Source: Candidatus Undinarchaeales archaeon
GTDB taxonomy: Archaea > SpSt-1190 > JASMDC01
Direction of reading: 5' to 3'
DNA length: 64,000 bases
Assembly: GCA_030753015.1 (NCBI GenBank)
Contig: JASMDC010000015.1
Location: 1 to 64,000 of the forward strand
Shown here: in pieces, positions 18,444 to 28,355 of the stretch
How positions within the stretch are numbered: the first letter of the stretch is position 1
How the letters are laid out: each line of letters opens with the position of its first letter
The notes under the pieces: generated by a model
Database searches by the model: none
What the model was told of the DNA's origin: nothing
The model's input: the letters and a program-made list of their open reading frames with translations, nothing else
Position numbers and translations under genes: made by a program

Positions 18444-21400
18444 CTAATCGTTGTCGCTGATGTTCGCAGTCACGTCGTCCGGGTTCAAGGTGTTGTAGTC
18501 TCCATCACTACTGGAGGCAGCTCCATTAGTGATCAGGACCGTGTGCGGGTTCACCTCGACGACACCGTCGTCCACGGCAGTCACCGTCACCGTCTGCGGC
18601 GTGTTCCAGGGGTTCGGGGCCCCCGGATTGAACGTCACCGAGGACGGGTCTACGGTCGCGCCTTCGGTCTCGTCGGCCGAGGAGATGGCGATCGTGACGT
18701 CATCCGTCGGTTTACTGGTGAGGACGATCGTATAGGTGTCCGAAGTCGCACTTTCCTCGTTCACGTCGGTCGAGCCGCCCGACTCGGCTACCGTGATGCT
18801 GGCATCTTCGTCATCGGTAATCGTTGCGGTCACCTGCTGAGTACCGCTCTCGGCGGCGTTCGCTGCCGGGCCCACGGTGTCTATGTCCACGATGACCGTC
18901 TCGACATCGTCATCGTAATCGTCGTTGACACCAGTGATGGTGACCGAGTTGGACGTGGTCTGGCCCGCTGAGATGGTCAGGCTCGTGCCCGAGCGGGTGT
19001 AGTCGTCCGAGAGGGTCGCCGTCCCGGAGAACGCCAGTGTTATCGTGACCTCGGCCGCTACCTCCGTGTTCGCGGACGCGCTCACTGTAGCCGTGCCTCC
19101 GTCCTCCGCCAGCGGGGAACCCGAGAGGCTGAGGGTGATGGCAGCTACGTCGTCGTCGGTGACGCTGACCGATACGCTGCCAAGGGCATAGCCGTTGTAG
19201 TCGCTGTTGGAGCTCGTTACGGTATGGGTGATAGTGCTTATCTCGGGCGACGTCTCGTCGTCCGAGTCGTCCTCCGCCGTTACGGTCACGATCTGCGTCG
19301 AGTCCCAGTCACCCGAGTCGAAGCTGAGGGCCGTCATGGACTGGAGGTCGGCGTCGTTACCGATGGTCACGGTGACGGTCGTGTTGGGATCGCTCCCGAG
19401 GACCACGGTGTAGCTGTCGGTGGCCCCGCCCTCGGTGACGGCCGTAGAGCCGCCGGACTCGGTGAGCGTCATACTAGCGGTATCGTCGTCGGTGATGGTC
19501 ACACCCACCCCAACGAAGCCCGAACTGTACTTGGAATCGGTGCTGGAGAAACTGTTCCAGATGTAATGCTGGTGCGTCGCCGCCTCGTCGACATCATCGT
19601 CGGTGGCCGTAACGGTCACCTGCTGGCTCACGTTCCAGTTGCCCGATGTGAACGTCAGCTGGCTCATGGCCTCGTACTGCTCGTCGAAGTCGACGATGGT
19701 GATGGTCACGGTCTCGACGGGCTCGCTGGTGAGCAGGATATCGTAGTATCCGTCGCCCGTCTGTCCCTCGGCAACGTCCGTATCGGTGTCGGGCACGCTC
19801 GTGCCCGCCGAGTCGTCATCGGTGATGCTGACCGACACGGACGAGAGCGACATACCACTGTACTTGCTGTCGGTGCTTGCCACGCTGTGCGAGACCGTCC
19901 CGGTGTGCGGGTCGGTCGTCTCGTCGATGTAGTCCTTGAACGCCGTGACCGTGACGGTCTGCGTCGAGTCCCAGTCGCCGTCGGTGAAGGTCAGGCTGCT
20001 CTTGTCGGTGTACGCCTCGGTGTCATCGGTGACCGTGACGACGACATCGTAATACGGCTTGGTATCGAGCACGACAGTGTAGGTGTCGGTATCGGTGGTG
20101 CCGTCCTCGGTGACCGCGGTGGACCCGCCGGACTCTGTGAGCGTGATGCCCGAGACGTCCTCGTCATAGACCTCGGGATTGATCTGGCGCGACTGGCCGT
20201 CATATAGGGTATCGCTGCTCGCAGCGGTGTGTGTGATATGACCGTAGTGCAGTCCGTCCCCGGTCGCCTCGTCATAGTCGTCATCGACCACAGAGAAGCT
20301 CACGGTCTGGTAGTCGTCCCAGTTGCCGCCGCCGCCGCCGGTGAAGATGAGCGTCGTTGAGCTCGTGATGCTGAGCTCGGAGTGGTGGTCGACGGTCTCT
20401 GCGAGCGTGACCGTGACCGTGTCGGTGGGATCGCTGTTCATCTTGACCTTATAGGTCGTGCTCTGCGCCTGGCCCGGCACCTCGAAGACAACAGGCGTGC
20501 TGTTGTCGATGACGATGCTCGAGGAGTCGTCGTCGGTGATCGTGACCGTCGCTGACTGTCCCGCCTGGTTGTAGGCGATGTTGGAGACGCTCTGTATAGT
20601 CGCGATGACCGTCTCATCGTCCTCGTCCACCCGGTCGTGTGTGGAGGTGACGGTGATGTTCCGCTCGAGGTCGCCCTGCGGGATGGTCACCTCGTAGGCA
20701 TCGAGGCTGTAGTCGGTGCCATCTATGGCAGTACCACTGATCGTGTATACGACATGAACGTCCAGGTCGTTGTGCCCGGAGAGACGCGCGGTGATCGTGG
20801 ACGTGCCGGCGTCCTCTTCGACGGCCCCGGCGGAGACGATGAGGCTGATCGACTCTGGGTCCTGGCCGCCTTCGATCTTGCCCGAGCAGATGGCCGTCTC
20901 TGCGTGGTCGCCGATGGCGTTGAACACGTCGAAGGTGACCTTGACCTTTGCACGATACCCATTGCCGTGGTGGAGGTCAACCATCCCGGCGCCCACGTCC
21001 TCGATGGAAAGTGTGCTGATCTCGCCCTCGGACACGTTCTGTTCGAGACAGCCGCTGGTCGTGTCGCCCCCAGTGTTGTAGTAGTCGCAGTTGTAGCCGC
21101 GCTCCGTCCATGTCACGTGCACGCCTTCAGGGTACTCTACGTCGACGTTGCGAACGCGTATGGACATACCTCCACCGTTCTGGATACGGAGCTTGAAAGA
21201 GCTGTCACGGTCATCCGCGTCAGGATTGTCGACGGTGATGTCCCAGATGCCCGTCGTCCCCGTGGCACGGAACTGGTGGTCGCGGTAGTGCATCTTCTCG
21301 AATCCCACACATCCGGTCTTGCGGTACGTGGACGGATTGATGATGCCCGCCGAGTAGAGCGCGGCTCCCGCGATGACGATGATGATGAACATCCACCCGT

Positions 21401-21458
21401 AGCTCATCAGGAACTCAAGGGAGGCCTGTGCACGTTTTGTCACAGTAAATATAACCAT
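18444..21458 (-). CDS. Large surface protein: class III (pilin-like) signal peptide plus tandem Calx-beta/cadherin-like domains
   Basis: KRAQ-ASLEFLMSYGW then a hydrophobic helix; about 7 repeats ending ITDDD/VTDDD; Thr/Asp/Ser-rich. Confidence 0.85.
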   Translation of the reverse strand: MVIFTVTKRAQASLEFLMSYGWMFIIIVIAGAALYSAGIINPSTYRKTGCVGFEKMHYRDHQFRATGTTGIWDITVDNPDADDRDSSFKLRIQNGGGMSIRVRNVDVEYPEGVHVTWTERGYNCDYYNTGGDTTSGCLEQNVSEGEISTLSIEDVGAGMVDLHHGNGYRAKVKVTFDVFNAIGDHAETAICSGKIEGGQDPESISLIVSAGAVEEDAGTSTITARLSGHNDLDVHVVYTISGTAIDGTDYSLDAYEVTIPQGDLERNITVTSTHDRVDEDDETVIATIQSVSNIAYNQAGQSATVTITDDDSSSIVIDNSTPVVFEVPGQAQSTTYKVKMNSDPTDTVTVTLAETVDHHSELSITSSTTLIFTGGGGGNWDDYQTVSFSVVDDDYDEATGDGLHYGHITHTAASSDTLYDGQSRQINPEVYDEDVSGITLTESGGSTAVTEDGTTDTDTYTVVLDTKPYYDVVVTVTDDTEAYTDKSSLTFTDGDWDSTQTVTVTAFKDYIDETTDPHTGTVSHSVASTDSKYSGMSLSSVSVSITDDDSAGTSVPDTDTDVAEGQTGDGYYDILLTSEPVETVTITIVDFDEQYEAMSQLTFTSGNWNVSQQVTVTATDDDVDEAATHQHYIWNSFSSTDSKYSSGFVGVGVTITDDDTASMTLTESGGSTAVTEGGATDSYTVVLGSDPNTTVTVTIGNDADLQSMTALSFDSGDWDSTQIVTVTAEDDSDDETSPEISTITHTVTSSNSDYNGYALGSVSVSVTDDDVAAITLSLSGSPLAEDGGTATVSASANTEVAAEVTITLAFSGTATLSDDYTRSGTSLTISAGQTTSNSVTITGVNDDYDDDVETVIVDIDTVGPAANAAESGTQQVTATITDDEDASITVAESGGSTDVNEESATSDTYTIVLTSKPTDDVTIAISSADETEGATVDPSSVTFNPGAPNPWNTPQTVTVTAVDDGVVEVNPHTVLITNGAASSSDGDYNTLNPDDVTANISDND

Positions 21459-21544
21459 TGTTATATCACGCGATATTATAGAGTTCTTCACGATATAAAA
21501 CCTTTACCTGAAACGAACGCGCAACCGTCGCGCAACAATGAGAT

Positions 21545-22378
21545 TCACTCGTCGTAGATGTAGACAGAGTCAGGATAGTGCCGGATGGCACCCTTGGTCC
21601 ACCGGTTCTGGACCTCGGCCTCGATGATCGAGTTCGCGACGTCCATGGGGACGTGTGCCTTTAGCAGGCCAAGGGGCGTGTTGAGCCCCAGCGGACGGTT
21701 GGGGATAATGTGGCGGGTGGTGTCGGACGGGAGCGGCGTCCGCGCCAGCGCCATGCGCACGACCTCTTCCTTGGAGATGACCGGGCGTCGGCACAGGCAG
21801 GCGATGTCCTCGTCCCGCTCGAACACGTCCAGGCAGTAGTCGTTGGACACGGGCCGATGAGCGATCTCCCTGTCACGGATCTCGGCCATGAAAGCGCGGT
21901 CGAACACGGCCCACTGCTCCACCGAGAAATCCTTGCAGGGGAACAGAAAGGCACCCTCGCCCTTGCGGAACGCGCAGCCGAAGTACGCCTGCCGTGTCGT
22001 CAGAGCGTGGGCCGCGTCCCAGAAGTCCCTCTGCTCGGGCTTGCGTCCGCACACCTTCTTGATGATGTCCAGCAGCTCTTCCCGCTCCACGGAGAAGAAC
22101 ACCTGCGACCAGCCGAACAGCTCGATGGAGGCATCGGTATAGTCGACGAGCGATGCTACCACGCTCACGCACCCCAGCTCGCGCATAGCCTCGGCACGGT
22201 GGATGCCGTCGATGGCGATGTATTGCTCTCCGTCCTTGGTGGGGAAGACGATGATCGGATTCTTCTGGACGCCGTCCGACTCTATAATGCTGGCCAGGCT
22301 CTGTACCTTATCGGGGATGATCGCCTCGTGGAGCAGCACCGAGTCGATGGGGATGACGTGGAGCGTGGGGAGTTCCAC
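21545..22378 (-). CDS. ParB/sulfiredoxin-fold protein, SerK/SbnI-like
   Basis: LLHE, NPIIV, IDGIHR, C-terminal PSDTTRH. Confidence 0.65.
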   Translation of the reverse strand: MELPTLHVIPIDSVLLHEAIIPDKVQSLASIIESDGVQKNPIIVFPTKDGEQYIAIDGIHRAEAMRELGCVSVVASLVDYTDASIELFGWSQVFFSVEREELLDIIKKVCGRKPEQRDFWDAAHALTTRQAYFGCAFRKGEGAFLFPCKDFSVEQWAVFDRAFMAEIRDREIAHRPVSNDYCLDVFERDEDIACLCRRPVISKEEVVRMALARTPLPSDTTRHIIPNRPLGLNTPLGLLKAHVPMDVANSIIEAEVQNRWTKGAIRHYPDSVYIYDE

Positions 22379-22452
22379 GGACTGTCAATAAGGAGCGAGC
22401 TTTTTATGGCTTATCTCTTTGCGTGGGCAGGCACAGCACGTGGGCGTGCGGT

Positions 22453-22971
22453 CTAGTCCCTTGCCGGCTCGAGCATCTTCCCCCGTGCCAGGCCATCTAG
22501 CTTGATATTGAGCTGGATGTTCTCGTTTGCCATGTGCTCCATCATCGATCCAACGTCGCCGAGGATGTTCTGCATCTCAGTGATCGAGAGCACGCGGCTC
22601 TCGGGCTCGATGAGGATGACGGTGGAAGGTGTGATGTTGAGCACCATCATCATCAGCACGTCGAGGCCCCGGGCGTACACACCAACGTCACCGATCATGG
22701 AGTGGACGTTGTTTCCGATGTCCTCCACGGAGGTGTACTTGACCTCGGCCACCTCGATATGGTCCTGGGCGCGGAGCGTGGCGACGATCTTCTTCAGAGC
22801 CGCCTGGACGGTCTCGGCATCGGCCTGCTGGACCTCGTACACGAACCGGGCGTGCATCCAGCCCTTCTTCTCGATAAGCTCATCTGCTTCCTCCTCTTCC
22901 ATGAACCGGAGCTCCTTGAACTCGAGCTCCTCGTCCTCGTCCCGGTCCTCGGTCCTGTCCTCGTCAGCCAT
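22453..22971 (-). CDS. Acidic hypothetical protein
   Basis: Host-like codon usage from ATG 22971; overlaps the upstream radical SAM stop. Confidence 0.7.
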   Translation of the reverse strand: MADEDRTEDRDEDEELEFKELRFMEEEEADELIEKKGWMHARFVYEVQQADAETVQAALKKIVATLRAQDHIEVAEVKYTSVEDIGNNVHSMIGDVGVYARGLDVLMMMVLNITPSTVILIEPESRVLSITEMQNILGDVGSMMEHMANENIQLNIKLDGLARGKMLEPARD

Positions 22972-23986
22972 TGCGCTCACCCATGATCTCGATGGCCTCA
23001 CCGCACTCGGGGCACACCCCTGTACGCGAGACCGCGTCGCTGATGATCGTGAAGCCGTACCTTTTAATAAGCAATCCCCCGCAGGCCGGGCAGTACGTGT
23101 TCTCCCCGTCGCTGCCGGGGACGTTGCCCACGTAGATGTACCGCAGTCCCGCGTCCTTTGCGATGGCCTGGGCCCGCTCCAGCGTCCCCGAGGGCGTCGC
23201 CTGCCGGTCACGGAGCTTGTAGTCGGGGTGGAACCGCGAGAAGTGGATGGCGATGCCGGCGTCGATGGCGGCCACGGCCTCGCACAGCTCCCGCAGGTCG
23301 TCGTCGCTGTCGTTGAGTCCGGGGACCACCAGGTTGGTGACCTCCACGTGCACGTCGTGCTCGCGCATCTCGCGGATGGACGCCAGCACCGCGTCGGGCC
23401 CCTTGGGCGCACCGCACCGCTCCTTGTAGAAGGCGGGCCGGATCGACTTGAGGTCCACGTTGGCGGCGTCGAGGTACGGCGCGATGGCCTGCACGGCGTC
23501 GACGGTCATGTAGCCGTTGGTGACGAACACGTTGTACAGGCCCTTCTCGTGCACGAGCCTGGCGATGTCGTAGGCGTACTCGAAGAAGATGGTGGGCTCG
23601 GAGTAAGTGTAGGCGATGCCGGCGCACCCCTCGGACTCCACCAGCTCCGCAACTTTTTCAGCGGTCACCTGGCGCGAGCCGATGTCCCCGGGATCGGCCT
23701 GGGACAGCGTCCAGTTCTGGCAGAAGCTGCACGTGAGGTTGCAACCGGCGGTGGCGAGGGAGAACACACGCGTCCCCGGGTGGAAGTTGAACAGCGGCTT
23801 CTTCTCGATGGGATCCACGGCCATGGACACCGGCCGCTCGTACGTAAGCGAGTACAGGGTGCCGTCGCGGTTCTCGCGCACCCGGCACACCCCCCGCTTC
23901 CCCGGCTTTATGTGGCACCTGTGGTTGCAGAGCGAGCAGGCGGCCACGCCGTCCTTCCCCTTCTCGTACAACATCGCCTCCTTCAT
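22964..23986 (-). CDS. amrS: AmmeMemoRadiSam system radical SAM enzyme
   Basis: MKEAMLYE, DPIEKKPLF, GCNLTCSFCQNW, YSEP, HFSRFHPDY, YIYVGNV, TYCPACG. Confidence 0.93.
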   Translation of the reverse strand: MKEAMLYEKGKDGVAACSLCNHRCHIKPGKRGVCRVRENRDGTLYSLTYERPVSMAVDPIEKKPLFNFHPGTRVFSLATAGCNLTCSFCQNWTLSQADPGDIGSRQVTAEKVAELVESEGCAGIAYTYSEPTIFFEYAYDIARLVHEKGLYNVFVTNGYMTVDAVQAIAPYLDAANVDLKSIRPAFYKERCGAPKGPDAVLASIREMREHDVHVEVTNLVVPGLNDSDDDLRELCEAVAAIDAGIAIHFSRFHPDYKLRDRQATPSGTLERAQAIAKDAGLRYIYVGNVPGSDGENTYCPACGGLLIKRYGFTIISDAVSRTGVCPECGEAIEIMGERNG

Positions 23987-24027
23987 ATGGTGTCCACCTC
24001 TGCGTGGTGTGGGTGCGGCTCACCTTC

Positions 24028-24960
24028 TTAAGGATTGCCGGCGCGCATGGGGCACCCCGGGCAGTCCTTACCGCACGCGCTCTTCCCCATCTGAGCCCGC
24101 TGTCGCTTGAGCCGGGGCACCTCGGACAGCGAGTCTTTTACCAGGTAGGGCAGGGTATCGGCGTCCATGGTACGAAGAGTGGACAGCACGCAGCCCTGGA
24201 TGGTGGCGCGCATCCCCGTCTCCTCCGCGGCTCGGGCCACGCGCATGACCAGGCCGGGAACATAGGCCACGGCGTCGAGGTCGAGACCGGCGGCGACCAG
24301 CCGGTCGCGGTTGTCGGCGTGGACGGCGCACTGGTGCACCATTACCTCGTCCATGCCGGTCCTGCGGGCGAGCTCGGTGATGGCGGGTAGCTGGTCGCTG
24401 TTGATGCCCGGCATGTCGACCACCCGTACGATGCCCCACACCCTCGACCGCCCTACAAGCGACAGCGCCTGCACGAGCTGGTCGAAGGTGTCCGCACCGC
24501 TGACGGCGGCATGGTGGGTGGGGTCTGCTGCGCTGACCGACACCATGCACAGGTCCACCAACCCCTCCAGCCGTTCCCAGAGGGCGGGAGTGAGCAGGGT
24601 GCCGTTGGTCTGGAGATCGAGCCGCACGTTACCATAGGCCTCCCGCGCTTCGCGCAGCACCGCCAGCAGTCGCTCGGGCTCCATCAGTGGCTCGCCGTAC
24701 TGGCTCACGGTGATCGCTTGGGGATCCGGCTCGCCGTAGTACCCGGGTTCTGGCAGCGTCCCCGCGTCGCCGGCCACTCGCGAGTAGCAGAACATGCACT
24801 CGTGGTTGCACTTCCCGGTGAGCTCGATGGAGGCGTGGTGGACCGGGTCGGGATTGGTGGGATCGGCGCCCTGGCACCCCTCGCAGTGGCGGCAGATGGG
24901 GAGCGCCTGGACCGCAGCCCTTAGCGCGGCTCCCGTAGTGCCCAGCGTGATGGTGGTCAC
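24028..24960 (-). CDS. Radical SAM protein with extra N- and C-terminal Cys clusters
   Basis: CNHECMFC, SQYGEP, QTNG; additional CRHCEGC and CGKDCPGC. Confidence 0.85.
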   Translation of the reverse strand: MTTITLGTTGAALRAAVQALPICRHCEGCQGADPTNPDPVHHASIELTGKCNHECMFCYSRVAGDAGTLPEPGYYGEPDPQAITVSQYGEPLMEPERLLAVLREAREAYGNVRLDLQTNGTLLTPALWERLEGLVDLCMVSVSAADPTHHAAVSGADTFDQLVQALSLVGRSRVWGIVRVVDMPGINSDQLPAITELARRTGMDEVMVHQCAVHADNRDRLVAAGLDLDAVAYVPGLVMRVARAAEETGMRATIQGCVLSTLRTMDADTLPYLVKDSLSEVPRLKRQRAQMGKSACGKDCPGCPMRAGNP

Positions 24961-24971
24961 TACCGGAGGCT

Positions 24972-24990
24972 AAAAGAAATCTATATAAAG
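24972..24990 (+). promoter_or_regulatory. BRE/TATA promoter of tRNA-Phe
   Basis: AAAAGAAATCTATATAAAG about 30 nt upstream of the tRNA. Confidence 0.65.
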
Positions 24991-25019
24991 GAAACCACCG
25001 CACTCCGGAACGGAACCAA

Positions 25020-25133
25020 GGGGCCATAGCTCAGTCTGGGAGAGCGCCGGACTGAAGTTCCGACTTGGATCTTCCGATACCAAGATGAGGATTTGAGATC
25101 CGGGTGTCCCGGGTTCGAACCCCGGTGGCCCCA
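25020..25133 (+). tRNA. tRNA-Phe(GAA) with 40-nt intron at 37/38 (25058-25097)
   Basis: Acceptor GGGGCCA/TGGCCCC; D arm TAGCTCAGTCTGGGAGAGC; anticodon stem CCGGA/TCCGG with CT-GAA-G; T arm CCGGG-TTCGAAC-CCCGG; no encoded CCA. Confidence 0.93.
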
Positions 25134-25226
25134 CTCCGCGGGGGGCGTTTCGTCCTCCGCAACCCAGCTGCCCAGAATGACCTGCCCACGGACAACCATA
25201 TAACACAAGAACGCCATTATACTCCT

Positions 25227-26864
25227 ATGAGGTCGAGGAACCCTCCCGTGCATGCGCGCACCACAGCGTGCGTCCTGCTTGTCCTCATCCTTATCCTGTG
25301 CACCGTCCACGGCGAGGACGAGAACACGACCCTTGACCAGAACGCCACTCTTGACGAGAACGTCACGACCCCCCCACCCACCCCGGTACCCGCGCCCGAG
25401 GCGACACCTGTTACCGCACCGGCACTTCCGGAAGACTCTCATCCACTCCTCGTCGGTATGCTCGACCGCCACACCGACTCCGTGAACACCGTGTGGGCCC
25501 AAGGGAAGTACATCTTCACCGGCTCGGACGACGGTACGGTCATGGTGTGGAGCCGCAAGGACTTCTCCCCCGGCCTGCTGGTCCGGATGGACGGCGCGAC
25601 CGTGTCCGAGCTGGTAGTGGACGACACCTACATCTACACCGTCGCCTACGAGACCATGGCCCGGGTGTGGAGCAACACCAACTTCTCGCCAATCGGTACG
25701 CTGGAGGGGCACACGGACCTCGTGACCGGTGTATGGAGCGATGGAGAGCGCGTCTACACGGCCTCCGACGACAAGACCGTGCGCGTGTACCGCCGGGCCG
25801 ATCTCTCTCTCGAGAACGTGCTCCGCGGACACCGCGGCTGGGTCACCGACGTCGTCACCAACACCGACCACGTCTTCACGGCGTCGTTCGGCGACAAGGA
25901 GGTGCGCGTGTGGCGCCGGTCCGACCTGTTGCCCGCGGGCACGCTCACTACACCGACGGCCACGGGCATGCAGGTGGTGTTCGCCGACGACGAGCACATC
26001 TTCACCGACGGCCGGGACACACAGGCCAAGGTCTACACGGTCCAGGTGTGGCGGACGGACGACCTCTCGTCGGTGGCGGTCCTCGGGGGGCACAACGATA
26101 CCGTCACGGCCATCCATGCGGACGAGGACTACGTGTACAGCGCCTCCCGGGACGGCTCGGTCCGGCTCTGGAACCGCACCGACCTCACGCTGCTTGAGAC
26201 GCTTACCGGGCACACCGATGCGGTGACCGACGTGTTCGCGGACGCTGACTTCATCTACACTGCTTCTTGGGACCGGACCGCCCGCGTGTGGCGGCGTCCC
26301 GATGCCGACGTATACGTCCCCTCCGTTGTGATGGACGCCCCCGGTCCCGGAGAGGTGGACCCGGACGGGCCGGACACGAACGACACGAATGCCGGGAACG
26401 ACACCGATGACACCGTAAGCAGCGACGACATCGGCTCCATCTACGAGGGGCTCCCCGACGCGTGGAAGGATGACATCGAGGACTACGATCCGGAGGCAGG
26501 TGGCAACGAGACGGGGCTGGAGGGAATCTTCTCGGGCACTCTCAACAAGACGCTGATGGGGACAACGGACATGAACGAGACGGTCGACCTCAACGTCTCG
26601 GGGATGGAGGGGGTCACACCACCGCCGGACACGTCGGCGGCGCCCACGACCGGGCCGGGGACCTTCACGCAGGAGGGCGAGGTGTACGATGACGCCGAGG
26701 TCCGCTCAGAGACGTATAGGATGGCCGACGGCAACGAGGACTGGGCCGAGGAGCTGGCGCCCAAGGAGCCGTCGAAGCTCCAGATGTACATCTACGCCGG
26801 GCTGGGCCTCGTGGTCTTCGGCAGCTGCGTGTTCGGGTACTTCTCGTTCTGCCGCGGCAGTTAG
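25227..26864 (+). CDS. Secreted WD40-repeat protein with C-terminal TM anchor
   Basis: Signal peptide, about 7 GH...VW repeats, acidic linker, C-terminal hydrophobic helix. Confidence 0.88.
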   Translation: MRSRNPPVHARTTACVLLVLILILCTVHGEDENTTLDQNATLDENVTTPPPTPVPAPEATPVTAPALPEDSHPLLVGMLDRHTDSVNTVWAQGKYIFTGSDDGTVMVWSRKDFSPGLLVRMDGATVSELVVDDTYIYTVAYETMARVWSNTNFSPIGTLEGHTDLVTGVWSDGERVYTASDDKTVRVYRRADLSLENVLRGHRGWVTDVVTNTDHVFTASFGDKEVRVWRRSDLLPAGTLTTPTATGMQVVFADDEHIFTDGRDTQAKVYTVQVWRTDDLSSVAVLGGHNDTVTAIHADEDYVYSASRDGSVRLWNRTDLTLLETLTGHTDAVTDVFADADFIYTASWDRTARVWRRPDADVYVPSVVMDAPGPGEVDPDGPDTNDTNAGNDTDDTVSSDDIGSIYEGLPDAWKDDIEDYDPEAGGNETGLEGIFSGTLNKTLMGTTDMNETVDLNVSGMEGVTPPPDTSAAPTTGPGTFTQEGEVYDDAEVRSETYRMADGNEDWAEELAPKEPSKLQMYIYAGLGLVVFGSCVFGYFSFCRGS

Positions 26865-26867
26865 TTC

Positions 26868-27374
26868 TCAGAGCTCCTGCTCCTTGAACAGGCCCTGGTA
26901 CTGGGCCTCGCCCTCGCATCGCTGGAATATGAGCTGGCACAGCCGCTCGCCGGGGACGATCTCGAGGTTGTTGGGGCCGGCGTTGAAGATCTCGAGCACC
27001 TGTCGGTTTGAGACACCGGGCTGTATGAACGGTGCTGTGATGTGCACCATGAGCCCCAACCGCGCAAAGCGCGAGCGGGAGTTGAGCCACCCGCAGATGG
27101 TGGGCGACAGGGTGACCCGCTCCTTGGTGATGCCCAGGATGAGCTCCTTGGGCTTGATAGTGTACTTGTCCTCGATGACCTTGTGCTTGGTGATCTTGCG
27201 GAAGTCGGAGCCCTCGACGACGGGGATGGAGTGGTCGATGTTGCGGAAGATGCGGATCTCGGGGGCGAGGGTCAGGTCCACGGACGCGGGGCCGACCGCC
27301 GTTCGATCGAACGGCTCGATGGCGATGTTGCCTGCCTCTATCTCGGCCAGGATCAGGTCATGGGTGAGCACCAT
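26868..27374 (-). CDS. dcd: dCTP deaminase
   Basis: PASVDLTL, SRSRFARLGL, APFIQPG, LEIFN, RLCQL. Confidence 0.9.
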   Translation of the reverse strand: MVLTHDLILAEIEAGNIAIEPFDRTAVGPASVDLTLAPEIRIFRNIDHSIPVVEGSDFRKITKHKVIEDKYTIKPKELILGITKERVTLSPTICGWLNSRSRFARLGLMVHITAPFIQPGVSNRQVLEIFNAGPNNLEIVPGERLCQLIFQRCEGEAQYQGLFKEQEL

Positions 27375-27581
27375 GATGTGTGACGGTGGCGCAGTGGTAC
27401 TTATGCTTTATGGTGTCGGTGCCCCTTAAGCGCCCTGCACGTACCCGGGAACGCCGTGCATCCTCTGGACCGGTACTCGTCCGGCGAGTGCCTTACAGCT
27501 CCATCCCCTCCCTCTCGGAAGAGGACTTCCGTTTAAAACGTAAAAGAGTTAATACTCGCTGTTCGATAGAGTGACCGAAGG

Positions 27582-28277
27582 ATGGCGGAGAAAGACTTCA
27601 TCTTGACGCTGGAGCACCTTATCGTGCGACGTTTCGAGTTCTTCATCACGATCCTGGTGCTGTGCTCGATCAGCACCCTGGTGTTCCACGAACCGTCATT
27701 CCATTGCAGGATCTGCGAGGCGGACAGGGACGGTCCGGCCGGTGGTGTCCTCGACTACTTCACCACTCTGGACGCCCGAACGTGCACCCAGTGCGAGCTG
27801 CTGAGGATCAAGAGGATCGGGTCCATGCTCTCATCGCTGTCCGGCTACATCGACGAGGCCGCGCTCCAGCATGAGCGGATCGTCATCCCGCTCGACGTCG
27901 GAGAGGGCTCGCTGGGGATCGTGAAGGACACGAACACCGGGAAGAACATCGTCCGCTACGAGCTGCCGATCGCAAGGACGAGGGTGCCCGAGCTGGACGG
28001 GAATCCTCTTCAGCTCTCGTTCGAAGGGGAGTCTACGTTCTGCGGTGTCCTCAAGGGCCCCTCCACAGGCCCCGCGACGTTCATCTGCAAGTTCGACCTG
28101 AACAGGGAGCTCGATGGGGAGCACAGGATATGGGTCCGGACGGGAGGGGTCGGGGACTTACCCGCGGGACGGAGCTCGCTAAAGGTATCATACATCAGCG
28201 GGATGAACGTCCGCTCCAGCATCGGGGCATCCTCGTCGAGGGACGATATCGTCGTGGAACTGTCGCTGGACGACTGA
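27582..28277 (+). CDS. Hypothetical membrane-anchored protein
   Basis: Long ORF, N-terminal TM, two CxxC. Confidence 0.65.
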   Translation: MAEKDFILTLEHLIVRRFEFFITILVLCSISTLVFHEPSFHCRICEADRDGPAGGVLDYFTTLDARTCTQCELLRIKRIGSMLSSLSGYIDEAALQHERIVIPLDVGEGSLGIVKDTNTGKNIVRYELPIARTRVPELDGNPLQLSFEGESTFCGVLKGPSTGPATFICKFDLNRELDGEHRIWVRTGGVGDLPAGRSSLKVSYISGMNVRSSIGASSSRDDIVVELSLDD

Positions 28278-28355
28278 CGGGCGAAACTGTCCGTGGGGCC
28301 TCTCACTCGCGCGCTCCACTGTATGTTTATTTACCTGCAATGCCTACTTGTCTAC

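Noticed and set aside
22502-24031. Long opposite-strand ORFs (e.g. 22502-24031, 9607-10815, 46906-48120, 62647-63906)
   Set aside because: Antisense shadows of well-supported genes, expected in GC-rich DNA; no recognisable motifs
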